From: Candidatus Kapaibacterium sp.
GTDB lineage: Bacteria; Bacteroidota; Ignavibacteria; Kapaibacteriales; UBA2268
Assembly (NCBI GenBank): GCA_963665665.1
Contig: OY762428.1
Location: 5,088,001-5,152,000, forward strand
DNA length: 64,000 nt
Direction: 5' to 3'
The notes below the pieces were generated by a model. It had not been told where the DNA came from. It ran no database searches and worked only from the letters and a program-made list of their open reading frames with translations. Shown here piece after piece: positions 1-9,861 of this stretch. Numbering within the stretch: position 1 is the first letter of the stretch; each line of letters begins with the position of its first letter. Position numbers and translations under genes: made by a program.

Positions 1-25
1 TTTGTATTGAGATTCAAAACAATAG

Positions 26-2344
26 GTGATTGAGATGAAAAAACAAATATACTTATCTATAATAACTGTTTTACTTCTAACAGTCTTTTTCTCGGATGCA
101 TCAGCGCAGTGGCGCCGCTTGATAGACAGGCCTACTTATGATATGTGGGCCAATGAAAAAAACTACAACACTTTGTTCTGCGGAGGCGAGGGACGCTTAG
201 TTTATCGTTCTTACGACGCGGGAGCTACATGGGATACTCTTATTGTTGGTAATCATTCCGGCGGGCCGGCGCAGTTCAACAATATTATGATGAGTAAAAC
301 CGATACAAATGTGGTTATTGTCGGCGGGCTTGTTTTTGGCGATATACGCCGAAGTACTAACCACGGACAAACCTGGGATATTTCCCTTTTAAGAACACAT
401 GCTCTTTCAACCAACGGTAAAGCTATTGTAAGAGATGAAAAAAATCCAAACACCATATATTTCGGGGATTACAAAACCGCAAAAATTTTCAGGTCTGACA
501 ACTTTGGTGAAACCTGGGATTCTGTTACTACAGTTATGAGAAATTTCAGAATCTGGAGCAGCGACACTACATACCGCGATACTATCATGAAAGTAAACAT
601 TGGCAGCTTGGGTATCCGCGAGGACAGCACGAATATTCTATTCTGCAATACTACTGACGGCTTAATATTTATGTCCAAAGATTATGGATATAACTGGGAT
701 TTGATTGATACTCTTGTTATTCCCGGTATAGATCCTTCTGACTGCGAAATCACGAGGCTTTTATTCAGCCGCAGGGACAGTATTACCGGTTATGCCGTTA
801 TTACTTACCTGTTTGGAACCAACAAACCAAACGGCGGGCTGTATAAAACAACTGACGGCGGTTATAACTGGGATTTACTTTCTTTTGCGGATACCAGTAT
901 GTGGGCTGTTTCAGCCAGGCCATACGGGAACAACGATGAGGTATTTATTGGCGGCTACACTGAAAATTATTTCGACGTTGATGAAAACTATGTGCCGGGA
1001 GCAGGTATTGTTCGGCGATCTCTTGACGGTGGAAAAACCTGGTACGCTTACGATGAAATGATTAACTGGACAATTGAAAGGCCAAAATCCTCGGCTCCGC
1101 TGCTAAATATTGAATTTTTTAATACTGAAGTTGGAATTGCCGTGGGGCACTACGGTAATATATTTCTGAGAAAACCCGGACAAAAGGCATGGGATCCGAT
1201 GACTATCGAACTTACCTATGATTTTGAAGATGTTTCCATCGCTGACGAATCAACTGCCTACGTTGTTGGCAGGAATGGAATAATTGTGAAATCAATCGAC
1301 GTTGGCGAAACCTGGGTGGAAATACCGGCTGAATTTAAAGACGACATTTACACTGTAAAATTCTTTAATCCTGAAAAAGGAATAATTGCCGGTGAATCGG
1401 GAATGATAAAAATAACTAATGATTCTGCAAAAACATGGACAGACATTGAATCAGAAGTTGATGATGATATTCTGGATATTGTATTTACAAATGATCTGAA
1501 CGGTTATGCATGCGGCAAAAAAGGGCTGTTTGTTCGGACAACTAATGGCGGAATAACATGGGAAATAATTGACACAGATATTGATGAGGAATTTAAAAGG
1601 ATTTCTGCTGTCGGTAACCGTGTTATGATACCACTTAACGGGGGAAATATTTTGCTCAGCAATGACGGTGGTAATAATTGGACTGTTAAACAGACCGGGG
1701 AAGATTTTGACTTAAATGCAATTTCGATGCTTAATGAAAATAAGGCATGGACTGCCGGACATCAGTCCGAGGCTTTTAGTACTGAAGACGGAGGTGAAAA
1801 CTGGGAATTTATTGACATGAATTCTTTCCGCCATATATATGACGTTACAATGATTAACGATACTTTGTGGGCTGCCTCCGGACAATATACCACCATCTGG
1901 CTAACCTACGATGCTGGTGAAAACTGGTACTACGAAAGGATAGGTTCAGGCCCAAGGTCTAATATGTGGTCCCTTAGATATTTTGGCGATCCCGGAGAAG
2001 AAAAACTCTATATGGCATCCGAAGCCGGCCTTTTTGTTCTGGATGAACCCAGCGATGTTAAAAGTAAAAAAGAATCAAGTGATTCAAGACTGAATGTTGT
2101 TATTTCTCCTGCAAATACAATGATGGTATTTTATAATAAGTTCGACCAGTACTACCAGGGCGAAGTTAGTTTCAGGGTTATTGATATTAACGGCCGTGTG
2201 GTTATGGAAAGATCCCTTCCACCAAACTCATCACCGGAAATCAGGGCTAATCTTAGGTTGCCCAACCTTCCTTCGGGCGCATATATTTGCCAGACAATTG
2301 AAGGTGATCATGCCACAACAGCTAAGATTATTATCAATAATTAA
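26..2344 (+). CDS. Secreted BNR/Asp-box (YCF48-like) beta-propeller protein with T9SS C-terminal sorting domain
   Basis: Signal peptide ending ASA-QW. Many S-x-D-x-G-x-[TNS]-W Asp-box repeats (SYDAGATW, STNHGQTW, TTDGGYNW, SNDGGNNW). C-terminal 'VIDINGRVV...LPSGAYICQ...KIIINN' fits a T9SS type A CTD. The true start may be the ATG at 35. Confidence 0.8.
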   Translation: MIEMKKQIYLSIITVLLLTVFFSDASAQWRRLIDRPTYDMWANEKNYNTLFCGGEGRLVYRSYDAGATWDTLIVGNHSGGPAQFNNIMMSKTDTNVVIVGGLVFGDIRRSTNHGQTWDISLLRTHALSTNGKAIVRDEKNPNTIYFGDYKTAKIFRSDNFGETWDSVTTVMRNFRIWSSDTTYRDTIMKVNIGSLGIREDSTNILFCNTTDGLIFMSKDYGYNWDLIDTLVIPGIDPSDCEITRLLFSRRDSITGYAVITYLFGTNKPNGGLYKTTDGGYNWDLLSFADTSMWAVSARPYGNNDEVFIGGYTENYFDVDENYVPGAGIVRRSLDGGKTWYAYDEMINWTIERPKSSAPLLNIEFFNTEVGIAVGHYGNIFLRKPGQKAWDPMTIELTYDFEDVSIADESTAYVVGRNGIIVKSIDVGETWVEIPAEFKDDIYTVKFFNPEKGIIAGESGMIKITNDSAKTWTDIESEVDDDILDIVFTNDLNGYACGKKGLFVRTTNGGITWEIIDTDIDEEFKRISAVGNRVMIPLNGGNILLSNDGGNNWTVKQTGEDFDLNAISMLNENKAWTAGHQSEAFSTEDGGENWEFIDMNSFRHIYDVTMINDTLWAASGQYTTIWLTYDAGENWYYERIGSGPRSNMWSLRYFGDPGEEKLYMASEAGLFVLDEPSDVKSKKESSDSRLNVVISPANTMMVFYNKFDQYYQGEVSFRVIDINGRVVMERSLPPNSSPEIRANLRLPNLPSGAYICQTIEGDHATTAKIIINN

Positions 2345-2362
2345 AATATGAATCAAATATTT

Positions 2363-2403
2363 AAAGCCTTCCGGATATTATTAAGATACGGAAGGCTTTT
2401 TTT
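2363..2403 (+). terminator. Intrinsic terminator, probably bidirectional
   Basis: Stem AAAGCCTTCCG (2363-2373) / CGGAAGGCTTT (2389-2399) followed by a T-run, between convergent genes. Confidence 0.8.
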
Positions 2404-2446
2404 GTTCTGTCGATTATTTTTTGTAAAAAAACATATATCTCACAAC

Positions 2447-3034
2447 CTAATATTCACGAATTCCCTTTAAATAATCGAATATTTCCTTTGCATTAGGAAT
2501 CATTACCAGTTTTGGTGAGATTTTGAATGTCCTGGAATATCTTAGGGGCAAAACATTATCCATGAACCGGTCTTTGTCAAGAATAATTGTACCGAAACCA
2601 TTTTTCTTTTCATTTATCATCAATCCAATAATTTTTCGAATTTCGTATATCCTGGTTATGTCCTGTGTCGGTCCGGATTTTATTATTATTCTTTTGTTTG
2701 TAATCGCGTAAATTGTGTATTTTCTACTGACCATATCATCAATAAAACGCCCGACAAGAAAGTAAAAAGCTATCAAAATTAAAATAACCGAGAAAATTTT
2801 CAAAATCATCATGCCTTCTGATTCGAAAGCCAATGCAGCAATATTATAGGCAGCTATGGCTAAGATAATGCTTAAAGGAATAAATATAATATCAAGTGGT
2901 TTAATAAGTATTCCACCTTTTGGCCGACAGGTATGAATAGGTTCTTCGCCATCTTCAAGATGTTGCGAAATTTTAGATCTTATTTTCTCGTCGATTTGCG
3001 GGAATCCAATAATATGATTATATCTTAAGCCCAT
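2447..3034 (-). CDS. Membrane protein with two TM helices and a bacterial PH-like domain
   Basis: Two hydrophobic stretches, then 'YAITNKRII' and 'NGFGTI' motifs typical of bPH-type proteins. The start overlaps the upstream stop (TAATG). Confidence 0.65.
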   Translation of the reverse strand: MGLRYNHIIGFPQIDEKIRSKISQHLEDGEEPIHTCRPKGGILIKPLDIIFIPLSIILAIAAYNIAALAFESEGMMILKIFSVILILIAFYFLVGRFIDDMVSRKYTIYAITNKRIIIKSGPTQDITRIYEIRKIIGLMINEKKNGFGTIILDKDRFMDNVLPLRYSRTFKISPKLVMIPNAKEIFDYLKGIREY

Positions 3035-3444
3035 TATTTTGATAATTCCTTTTCATCAGATTTTTCAGCAGATTTTTCAGCAGTTTTTAAAAAAGTATAC
3101 TTAAAAAGTTCTACATTCTTGTGATTGATTCCAAAATCCAGCATTGCCAAACCCTGCGATTTGCTGACAATAGAAATTTTTCCTGATTCAAATGATACTG
3201 TGATTTCATAACTATTCTTTATCCAACTGCCTGGCCTTATAGCAATGGCATTGTCTTCTTTAGATGAGATTGTTAGCCAGTTAAGTATATTAAATGTCTT
3301 TAAAACTATTGGCAGTATTTGTTCACGGTTTAAATAAGGATAAATAACATCTCCCCATTTTGGTGTAAAACCAAAACTAAATTCAGGATCGAGAGAATCT
3401 TCAAATTTCTTAAGGTCTACAGTCACAATAATTGCCTCTAACAT
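3034..3444 (-). CDS. Hypothetical protein
   Basis: 136-aa ATG ORF translationally coupled to the downstream gene. Contains 'DFGINHKNVELF'. Family not recognised. Confidence 0.55.
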   Translation of the reverse strand: MLEAIIVTVDLKKFEDSLDPEFSFGFTPKWGDVIYPYLNREQILPIVLKTFNILNWLTISSKEDNAIAIRPGSWIKNSYEITVSFESGKISIVSKSQGLAMLDFGINHKNVELFKYTFLKTAEKSAEKSDEKELSK

Positions 3445-3702
3445 TATTAATAATTTATTGAAATCACGAATAGTAACCCTAAAGTAAAATTGTAAAAAAC
3501 GTATTCAGCATAAAGTGTGTTTCTCATATTTTCAACTTCAAGCAAATACTTATAAAATATATTTACATCTTTCCCAAAAATAATAATTTTCCACTGTGTT
3601 AAAATATTAAAATCAATATGAATATATCTTAATATTTTTTTATTCACGAAAAATTTTCATAATTTATAAAAAAATTAAATCAAAAAATACGGGGAATTTA
3701 GA

Positions 3703-4164
3703 ATGGAAAGCCTGATTATTCGTGAAGCCGAAATGAAAGATACGGATTCTATTGCAGAATTCAATACTTTAATGGCACTTGAAACTGAAGATAAAAAATT
3801 AAACCGCGATACTATTTCCATGGGGGTTAAAAATCTTGTACAAAAGCCTGAGTATGGATTTTATCTGGTAGCAGAGCTTGAAGGTAAAATAATTGCTTCC
3901 CTTATGATAACTTATGAGTGGAGCGACTGGCGGAACGGCCTGATCTGGTGGATTCAAAGCGTGTATGTGAAAAAGGAATTCCGAAGAATGGGGATATATC
4001 GTGCAATGTATATCCGGGTAAAAGAAATGGCTATGTTTGATAAAAATATTCGTGGCTTCAGGCTCTACGTTGAAAAAGAAAATGAAACTGCTATGAAAAC
4101 TTATAAAAGCCTTGGGATGTCCGAATCGGATTATATTGTTTTTGAAGATTTAAAGAAGAAATAA
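3703..4164 (+). CDS. GNAT family N-acetyltransferase
   Basis: Motif A 'SVYVKKEFRRMGIY' and 'RLYVEKENETAMKTYKSLGM'. GGGG/GGA RBS upstream. Confidence 0.9.
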   Translation: MESLIIREAEMKDTDSIAEFNTLMALETEDKKLNRDTISMGVKNLVQKPEYGFYLVAELEGKIIASLMITYEWSDWRNGLIWWIQSVYVKKEFRRMGIYRAMYIRVKEMAMFDKNIRGFRLYVEKENETAMKTYKSLGMSESDYIVFEDLKKK

Positions 4165-4178
4165 ATTTTGAAGATATA

Positions 4179-4217
4179 AAAAAACCTTCCGCCATAATTG
4201 ATCGCGGAAGGTTTTTT
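4179..4217. terminator. Bidirectional intrinsic terminator
   Basis: AAAAAACCTTCCGC / GCGGAAGGTTTTTT inverted repeat between the convergent GNAT and kbl genes. Confidence 0.85.
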
Positions 4218-4235
4218 CATTTTTAGGAATGTGGA

Positions 4236-5480
4236 TTATAACATTCCAAGTTCTTTTCCAACTTTTTTGAAAGCATTGATTGCAAAATCAATATTTTCGT
4301 CGCTGTGGCCGGCTGAAAGCTGAACCCTGATCCTGTCTTTGCCTCTTGGTACAACAGGGAATGAAAATGCAGTTACATAAACGCCTTCTTCAAGCATTTT
4401 ATTAGCAAAATCAACTGCAAGCTGAGAGCAGTTATCATACTTGCCAAACATGATGGGAACGATCGGGTGTACGCCCGGAATAATATCAAATCCGGCGGCA
4501 GTCATTTCCTCGCGGAAACGTTTAGTGTTGTTTTCCAGTTTATCGCGAAGTTCCGTACTACCCATAAGCAGTTCCATAACTTTCAAAGTAGCGCCTACAG
4601 TTGCCGGAGGAACAGTATTTGAAAACAGGTATGGGCGTGCTTTGTTTCTCATCCACTCAACGATCTCTTTACGTCCGGAAATACATCCTCCGGATGCACC
4701 GCCAAGAGCTTTACCGAAAGTTGTTGTAATTATATCAACCCTGCCCATAACGTTGAAGTGCTCGTGAGTTCCGCGGCCGGTCTTGCCCATAAAACCTGTG
4801 GAGTGGCTGTCGTCAACCATTACAAGAGCATCGTATTTTTCAGCTATATCGCAAATCTCATCAAGTTTGGCTATATCACCGTCCATTGAGAAACAACCGT
4901 CTGTGGCTATCATTTTGAACCTGCATCCTGCTTCGTCTGCTTCTTTCAGGCAGCGTTCCAGGCCTTTAAGTTTCTTTCCTGTTGATTCGTCCAGATCTTC
5001 AATGTTACCCATTTCACCGTGGTTATAAATCCAGCGCTGAGCTTTGCAAAGCCTGATGCCGTCAATAATTGATGCATGGTTAAGAGAATCGGTAATGATA
5101 GCGTCCTGGTCTGTAAGAAGCGGTTCAAAAACAGCTCCGTTTGCATCAAAGCATGATGAGAAAAGAATTGTATCGTCAGTTCCGAGGAATTCAGATACCT
5201 TCTGTTCCAGTTCTTTATGGATATCCTGTGTGCCGCAGATAAACCTTACGGATGAAAGTCCGTAGCCTCTGCCGTCAAGAGCTTCATGAGCTGATTTAAG
5301 CAATTCGGGATGTGAAGAAAGGCCCAGGTAGTTATTTGCACAGAAGTTAAGTACTTTCTTGCCGTTTACTTCAATTTCAGCGCCTTGTGGGCTTTCGATT
5401 ATTCTTTCGTATTTATACAGTTTCTGATCTTTAATACTTTGCAGTTCCTGCTGTAAATAGTCTTTCATTTTGCCGTACAT
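4236..5480 (-). CDS. kbl: Glycine C-acetyltransferase (2-amino-3-ketobutyrate CoA ligase)
   Basis: 'NFCANNYLGLSSHP', 'SVRFICGTQDIHKELE', 'LNHASIIDGIRLCKA', PLP lysine 'TFGKALGGASGG', 'RIRVQLSAGH'. Start moved to ATG 5480, which has GGAG 6 nt upstream. Confidence 0.95.
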   Translation of the reverse strand: MYGKMKDYLQQELQSIKDQKLYKYERIIESPQGAEIEVNGKKVLNFCANNYLGLSSHPELLKSAHEALDGRGYGLSSVRFICGTQDIHKELEQKVSEFLGTDDTILFSSCFDANGAVFEPLLTDQDAIITDSLNHASIIDGIRLCKAQRWIYNHGEMGNIEDLDESTGKKLKGLERCLKEADEAGCRFKMIATDGCFSMDGDIAKLDEICDIAEKYDALVMVDDSHSTGFMGKTGRGTHEHFNVMGRVDIITTTFGKALGGASGGCISGRKEIVEWMRNKARPYLFSNTVPPATVGATLKVMELLMGSTELRDKLENNTKRFREEMTAAGFDIIPGVHPIVPIMFGKYDNCSQLAVDFANKMLEEGVYVTAFSFPVVPRGKDRIRVQLSAGHSDENIDFAINAFKKVGKELGML

Positions 5481-5759
5481 GTCAAACTCCACATGTATTA
5501 TTTGAAAATATTTGTTAATTATTAAAATCTACTTTTTTAAAGTCATGCAATATACGCTAACAAAAGCAATAATTAAAATTCACTAATAAAAATTTGTAAT
5601 AATTTCGTGTTTGTATTATGCTATGTTATCATGTGCTAAGTTGTTGTAATATATATAGAAAAAATTTTTCTTTGTTGATATGTTTCGTTTTAATAAATTC
5701 TATTCAGGAAGTAATTATTGAAAATAAAAAGTTTAATAAATGATTTTGCGAGGTGTATT

Positions 5760-6044
5760 ATGGAGGTATGTCCGAATTGCGGATCTGAACCTGAAAAAGG
5801 TGAAATTTTCGAGTTACTTGATTGTGAAGAATGCGGTACTTTGTATTGTCATAAATGTGAAGACGAAGATGGGTTATGCCCTGTTTGCCATGGCGAGGGT
5901 ATATATGACGAGGAATTTGATGATAAGGATATTGATGACGATGACATAGATTTAAGTGATATTGAAGATTTTGCTGAATTTGATGATGCCGAAGAAGATG
6001 ATGATTACATGGAAGACTGGCGAAAAGAGTATGATCTTTATTGA
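5760..6044 (+). CDS. Small Cys8 double zinc-finger protein with a highly acidic tail (94 aa)
   Basis: Four CxxC motifs (CPNC, CEEC, CHKC, CPVC) followed by a D/E-rich tail. GAGGTG RBS just upstream of ATG 5760. Confidence 0.75.
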   Translation: MEVCPNCGSEPEKGEIFELLDCEECGTLYCHKCEDEDGLCPVCHGEGIYDEEFDDKDIDDDDIDLSDIEDFAEFDDAEEDDDYMEDWRKEYDLY

Positions 6045-6111
6045 TTGTGTTCAGAGAGTAGAATATTCGGGGCCGTCAAATTATTTGACAGCCCATTATA
6101 ATATTATTAAC

Positions 6112-6969
6112 CTATTTAATTATTTTATATATAGCTGACATATCAGATTCCCCGAACCCTTTTTGCCTTGCCGAAGAGTATAATTCTTTTACATGATTGC
6201 CAGCTGGCAGAGCAATATCATTTTTAAATGCACATTGCAATGCTAAAAACAGATCTTTATGCATCCATTTTAACGGAAATTCCGGAGGAAATTCTTCATT
6301 TTCAAAATTTGAGGTTTTTGCTTTAACAATCGGAGCCACAACGGGCAGTTCCGGTAGTATTTTCAGAAGTTTTGATTTATTCAGCCCGAGTGCTTCCCCA
6401 AGGTGCAAACCTTCGCAGAATCCTTCTATACTGATTGCCATAAGCATATTAACAACCATTTTAAGTGATGAGCCTGCACCATGGCCACCGGCATGAATAG
6501 TCTTGCGTCCCATTATATCAAACAGGTGAGAGGCTTCTTCAATATCTTTCTGATTTCCGCCTGCAAGAAATACCAGTTGTCCGTCACGTGCCGGAACGAG
6601 CGATCCCGCTACAGGTGCATCAATAAATCTGATGCCGGCTTGTTCAGCGTGCTCAGCAAGATGTTTTGAAGTATCAGGATCGACAGTACTTGAATCAATC
6701 CACAGGCTGTTTTCATTCATTGAATGAATGAATCCTGCACCGGAAACTGCAATTTCCTTTACAACTTCAGGTGTTGAGAGCATTGAAATTACTATATCAC
6801 AATCCTTTACAGCTTCGGCAGGCGAATCTGACCATTTTGAGCCGAGTTTTATCAATTCCTCTGCTTTCTCTTTTGTTCTGTTGTTTATTACAAGATTGTA
6901 TCCCTTAATTTGAAGGTTTGCAGCCATTCGGCTTCCCATAATTCCAAGTCCTATAAATCCTATTCTCAT
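6112..6969 (-). CDS. NAD(P)-dependent oxidoreductase, 3-hydroxyisobutyrate/beta-hydroxyacid dehydrogenase family
   Basis: Rossmann 'IGFIGLGIMGSRMA', 'FIDAPVAGS', catalytic 'LKMVVN', 'MHKDL'. Confidence 0.9.
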   Translation of the reverse strand: MRIGFIGLGIMGSRMAANLQIKGYNLVINNRTKEKAEELIKLGSKWSDSPAEAVKDCDIVISMLSTPEVVKEIAVSGAGFIHSMNENSLWIDSSTVDPDTSKHLAEHAEQAGIRFIDAPVAGSLVPARDGQLVFLAGGNQKDIEEASHLFDIMGRKTIHAGGHGAGSSLKMVVNMLMAISIEGFCEGLHLGEALGLNKSKLLKILPELPVVAPIVKAKTSNFENEEFPPEFPLKWMHKDLFLALQCAFKNDIALPAGNHVKELYSSARQKGFGESDMSAIYKIIK

Positions 6970-7108
6970 TTCTTACTCACATTTGTTGTTCAAAAATAAT
7001 CGTAAAATTACTGAAAAAATCAGACTTGATAAAATTATGAGAATGAAAAATCTACCTTAGCTATCTGCTATAATTTTATTATATTTATATTAGATCAGGT
7101 TTGCAAAA

Positions 7109-8626
7109 GTGATTAAAGTGAATATTAGTATAAATAGAATTGAAGAACTAATCAAAGCCGGTGAAGGAATTTCAACGGAGTTTAAAACGTGCCGAAAATC
7201 GATTAGCAGGAATGTGTATGAAACTGTTGCTGCTTTCCTTAATAGAAAAGGCGGGTCAATTCTTCTTGGAGTAACAGATTCCGGTAAGATTCAGGGTATA
7301 GATAAGGATGCAATTCAGCAGATAAAAAAAGATTTTGTTACTGCTGTAAACAATCCGCAAAAGATTAATCCTGTCGCATATCTTTCGGTCGATGTAATTG
7401 ATTATGATAATAAACAAATACTTCATGTTTACGTGCCTGAAAGCTCTAATGTTCATAGGTGCGGTGGAAGAATTTTTGATCGCAACGAGGATGCAGATAT
7501 TGACATTACTAATAATACCAAGCTTGTTTTCGATATGTATATCCGTAAACAGGCATCTTACTCTGAAAACAAAGTTTTTCCATTTGCTGAAATCGATGAA
7601 CTGAGAAATGACCTGATCGAAAAGTCTCGCATAATGGCTTCGGCATGGAATGCGAACCACCCATGGCTTACAATGGACGATATGCAACTGCTGAAAAGCG
7701 CCCAGCTGTATAAAACAAATCCAGAAACAGGAAAAAGTGGTCTGACTCTTGCCGGAATACTTCTATTTGGCAATGATAATCTGATACTTGCTGCATTGCC
7801 GCACCACAGGACAGACCTGATTCTTAGAAGGGTTAATATTGACCGTTATGATGACAGGGATCTGGTAAGGACAAATCTAATTGAATCTTATGAAAGAATT
7901 ATTGCATTCATTCAGAAACATCTTTCTGACCCATTCTTCCTGGAAGGTATCAATCGTATAAGCCTTAGGGATTCCATATTTCGGGAAGTAGCTTCAAATA
8001 TTCTTATTCACCGGGAATACAGTAATGCTTTTCCGGCAAAACTTATTATTGAAAGAAACAGGGTATGGACTGAAAATGCAAATAGAGCAAATGGTTCCGG
8101 ACCAATTGATCCCGAACATTTTGTTCCGTATCCTAAAAATCCTGTAATTGGGGCTTTCTTCAGGGAAATACACCGGGCTGACGAACTCGGTTCGGGTCTG
8201 AGAAATATTATGAAATACGGAATAACATATAGTGGCTCTACTCCTGAAATGATAGAGGATGATATTTTCAGATTTTTTATCAATCTTCCGGCAAGTGAAG
8301 TATCTCCGCAAGTTTCATATAAATTTCCTAACCAGGTTCGGGAAACTTCCAGTACTTATTTCAGCACACCCGAAGTTAACACCGAAGTTGCCACCGAAGT
8401 TAACACCGAAGTTATAAATATGCTAAAGGTTCTTAAAGGTAATATGAGCCGCAAGGAAATTATGGCACAAATGAATTTGGTAAATGAAAAGCACTTCAGG
8501 GAATATTATCAGCAAAGGTGTGTCAAACTTGGTTTGATTGAAATGACAATTCCTGATAAACCGCGAAGCAGCAGGCAGAAATACCGTATTACAGAAAAAG
8601 GAAAAGCATTGCTCAGAAAGATGTGA
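7109..8626 (+). CDS. Schlafen/AlbA_2 domain + HATPase_c_4-like domain + C-terminal HTH protein
   Basis: AlbA_2 signature 'GEGISTEFK...AAFLNRKGGSILLGVTDSG'. Central 'REVASNILIHREY...NPVIG...ELGSG'. C-terminal 'LIEMTIPDKPRSSRQKYRITEKG'. Confidence 0.85.
   Translation: MIKVNISINRIEELIKAGEGISTEFKTCRKSISRNVYETVAAFLNRKGGSILLGVTDSGKIQGIDKDAIQQIKKDFVTAVNNPQKINPVAYLSVDVIDYDNKQILHVYVPESSNVHRCGGRIFDRNEDADIDITNNTKLVFDMYIRKQASYSENKVFPFAEIDELRNDLIEKSRIMASAWNANHPWLTMDDMQLLKSAQLYKTNPETGKSGLTLAGILLFGNDNLILAALPHHRTDLILRRVNIDRYDDRDLVRTNLIESYERIIAFIQKHLSDPFFLEGINRISLRDSIFREVASNILIHREYSNAFPAKLIIERNRVWTENANRANGSGPIDPEHFVPYPKNPVIGAFFREIHRADELGSGLRNIMKYGITYSGSTPEMIEDDIFRFFINLPASEVSPQVSYKFPNQVRETSSTYFSTPEVNTEVATEVNTEVINMLKVLKGNMSRKEIMAQMNLVNEKHFREYYQQRCVKLGLIEMTIPDKPRSSRQKYRITEKGKALLRKM
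8370..8413 (+). repeat. Intragenic 12-bp tandem repeat (about 3.7 x CCGAAGTTRMCA)
   Basis: CCGAAGTTAACA CCGAAGTTGCCA CCGAAGTTAACA CCGAAGTT, encoding PEVNTEVATEVNTEV. Confidence 0.9.
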
Positions 8627-8720
8627 TATTTTTCTGATATGAGTTTCTGCCGGATTTTGCTAAATGTTTTTTTTATTATAATTTGGCATTGATATTTATT
8701 TATCAAAGAAGAATTGAGAT

Positions 8721-9860
8721 ATGAGAATAGCATTTTTATCGGTTTTTTATCCTTACAGGGGAGGGATTGCACAGTTTAATGCGGCTCTTTACCGGGCTCT
8801 TGAAAAGAAGCATGAAGTAAAGGCTTTTACTTTCACCCGACAATACCCCGGTTTGCTCTTTCCCGGAAAAACCCAGTATGTCAGCAAATCCGACAAAGCT
8901 GATCAAATTCCGGCAGAAAGGGTTCTTGACAGTATAAATCCATTGTCATACATATCTGCAACAAATAAGATTAAGGATTATAAACCTGATTTATTGTTGA
9001 TACAGAACTGGATGCCTTTCTTCGGGCCTTCATTAGGGCACGTGGCAAACAGGATAAGAAGGTCAGGGATACCCGTTATCAGCCTGATGGCAAATGTAAA
9101 GCCTCATGAGCCAAATTTTCTGGATAATATTTTAAGCGATATTTTCCTGAAACAGAATGACGGGTTTGTCCTGCTTGCCGAGGCAGTTAAAAACGACTTG
9201 CTTGATTTGCAGCCGAATGCAAAATATTTAATCCATCCGCACCCGAATTATGAGCATTTTGGAAAAGCTATTGAAAAATCAGTAGCAAGAAAAACCCTTA
9301 ATATCCCCTCTGGAAAAAAAGTTATTTTGTTTTTCGGCCTTATCCGGAAATACAAGGGATTGGATATTTTAATAAAAGCCATGAAAAATCTCGGGGACGA
9401 TTACTATCTTCTCGTGGCGGGCGAATGCTACGGAAAGTTCGATGAATATCAGAACCTGATTGATGAGAACCTGGAAAAGGATAATTTTGGCCTTCACCTA
9501 AGATATTTAGATGACGACGAAGTTTTTACATATTTTTCAGCGGCAGATGTATGCGTGCTGCCATACAGGACTGCAACACAAAGCGGAATCGTGGGTATAT
9601 CTTATAACTTCGGGGTGCCGGTGATATCTACTGATGTTGGAGGGCTTCGTGAAGTAATTGAACCCTTCGGTGCCGGAGTTGTTGTCGACCGGCCTGAAGA
9701 AAAACTTTTACGTGAAGCAATTTTAGAATACTTCGGTGGCGGTAAAATTGATGAATACAGAAACAATGTCAATAAATTCAGTGAAAGATATACCTGGGAC
9801 AGCCTTGCTGACGGAATTATTGAATTTGCGATTAAAATTAAAGCTAATAAGAGGATTTAA
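8721..9860 (+). CDS. Glycosyltransferase family 4 (GT-B)
   Basis: 'PYRGGIAQF', 'FFGLIRKYKGLDIL', 'AADVCVLPYRTATQSG', 'TDVGGLRE'. Confidence 0.9.
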   Translation: MRIAFLSVFYPYRGGIAQFNAALYRALEKKHEVKAFTFTRQYPGLLFPGKTQYVSKSDKADQIPAERVLDSINPLSYISATNKIKDYKPDLLLIQNWMPFFGPSLGHVANRIRRSGIPVISLMANVKPHEPNFLDNILSDIFLKQNDGFVLLAEAVKNDLLDLQPNAKYLIHPHPNYEHFGKAIEKSVARKTLNIPSGKKVILFFGLIRKYKGLDILIKAMKNLGDDYYLLVAGECYGKFDEYQNLIDENLEKDNFGLHLRYLDDDEVFTYFSAADVCVLPYRTATQSGIVGISYNFGVPVISTDVGGLREVIEPFGAGVVVDRPEEKLLREAILEYFGGGKIDEYRNNVNKFSERYTWDSLADGIIEFAIKIKANKRI

Positions 9861-9861
9861 A

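Noticed and set aside
26-2344. YCF48-like repeats as evidence of photosynthesis
   Set aside because: These are generic Asp-box propeller repeats on a T9SS cargo, and there are no photosynthesis genes in the window.
3447-3647. 66-aa ORF in the AT-rich divergent gap
   Set aside because: Composition matches promoter-type AT-rich DNA, with no motif and no RBS.
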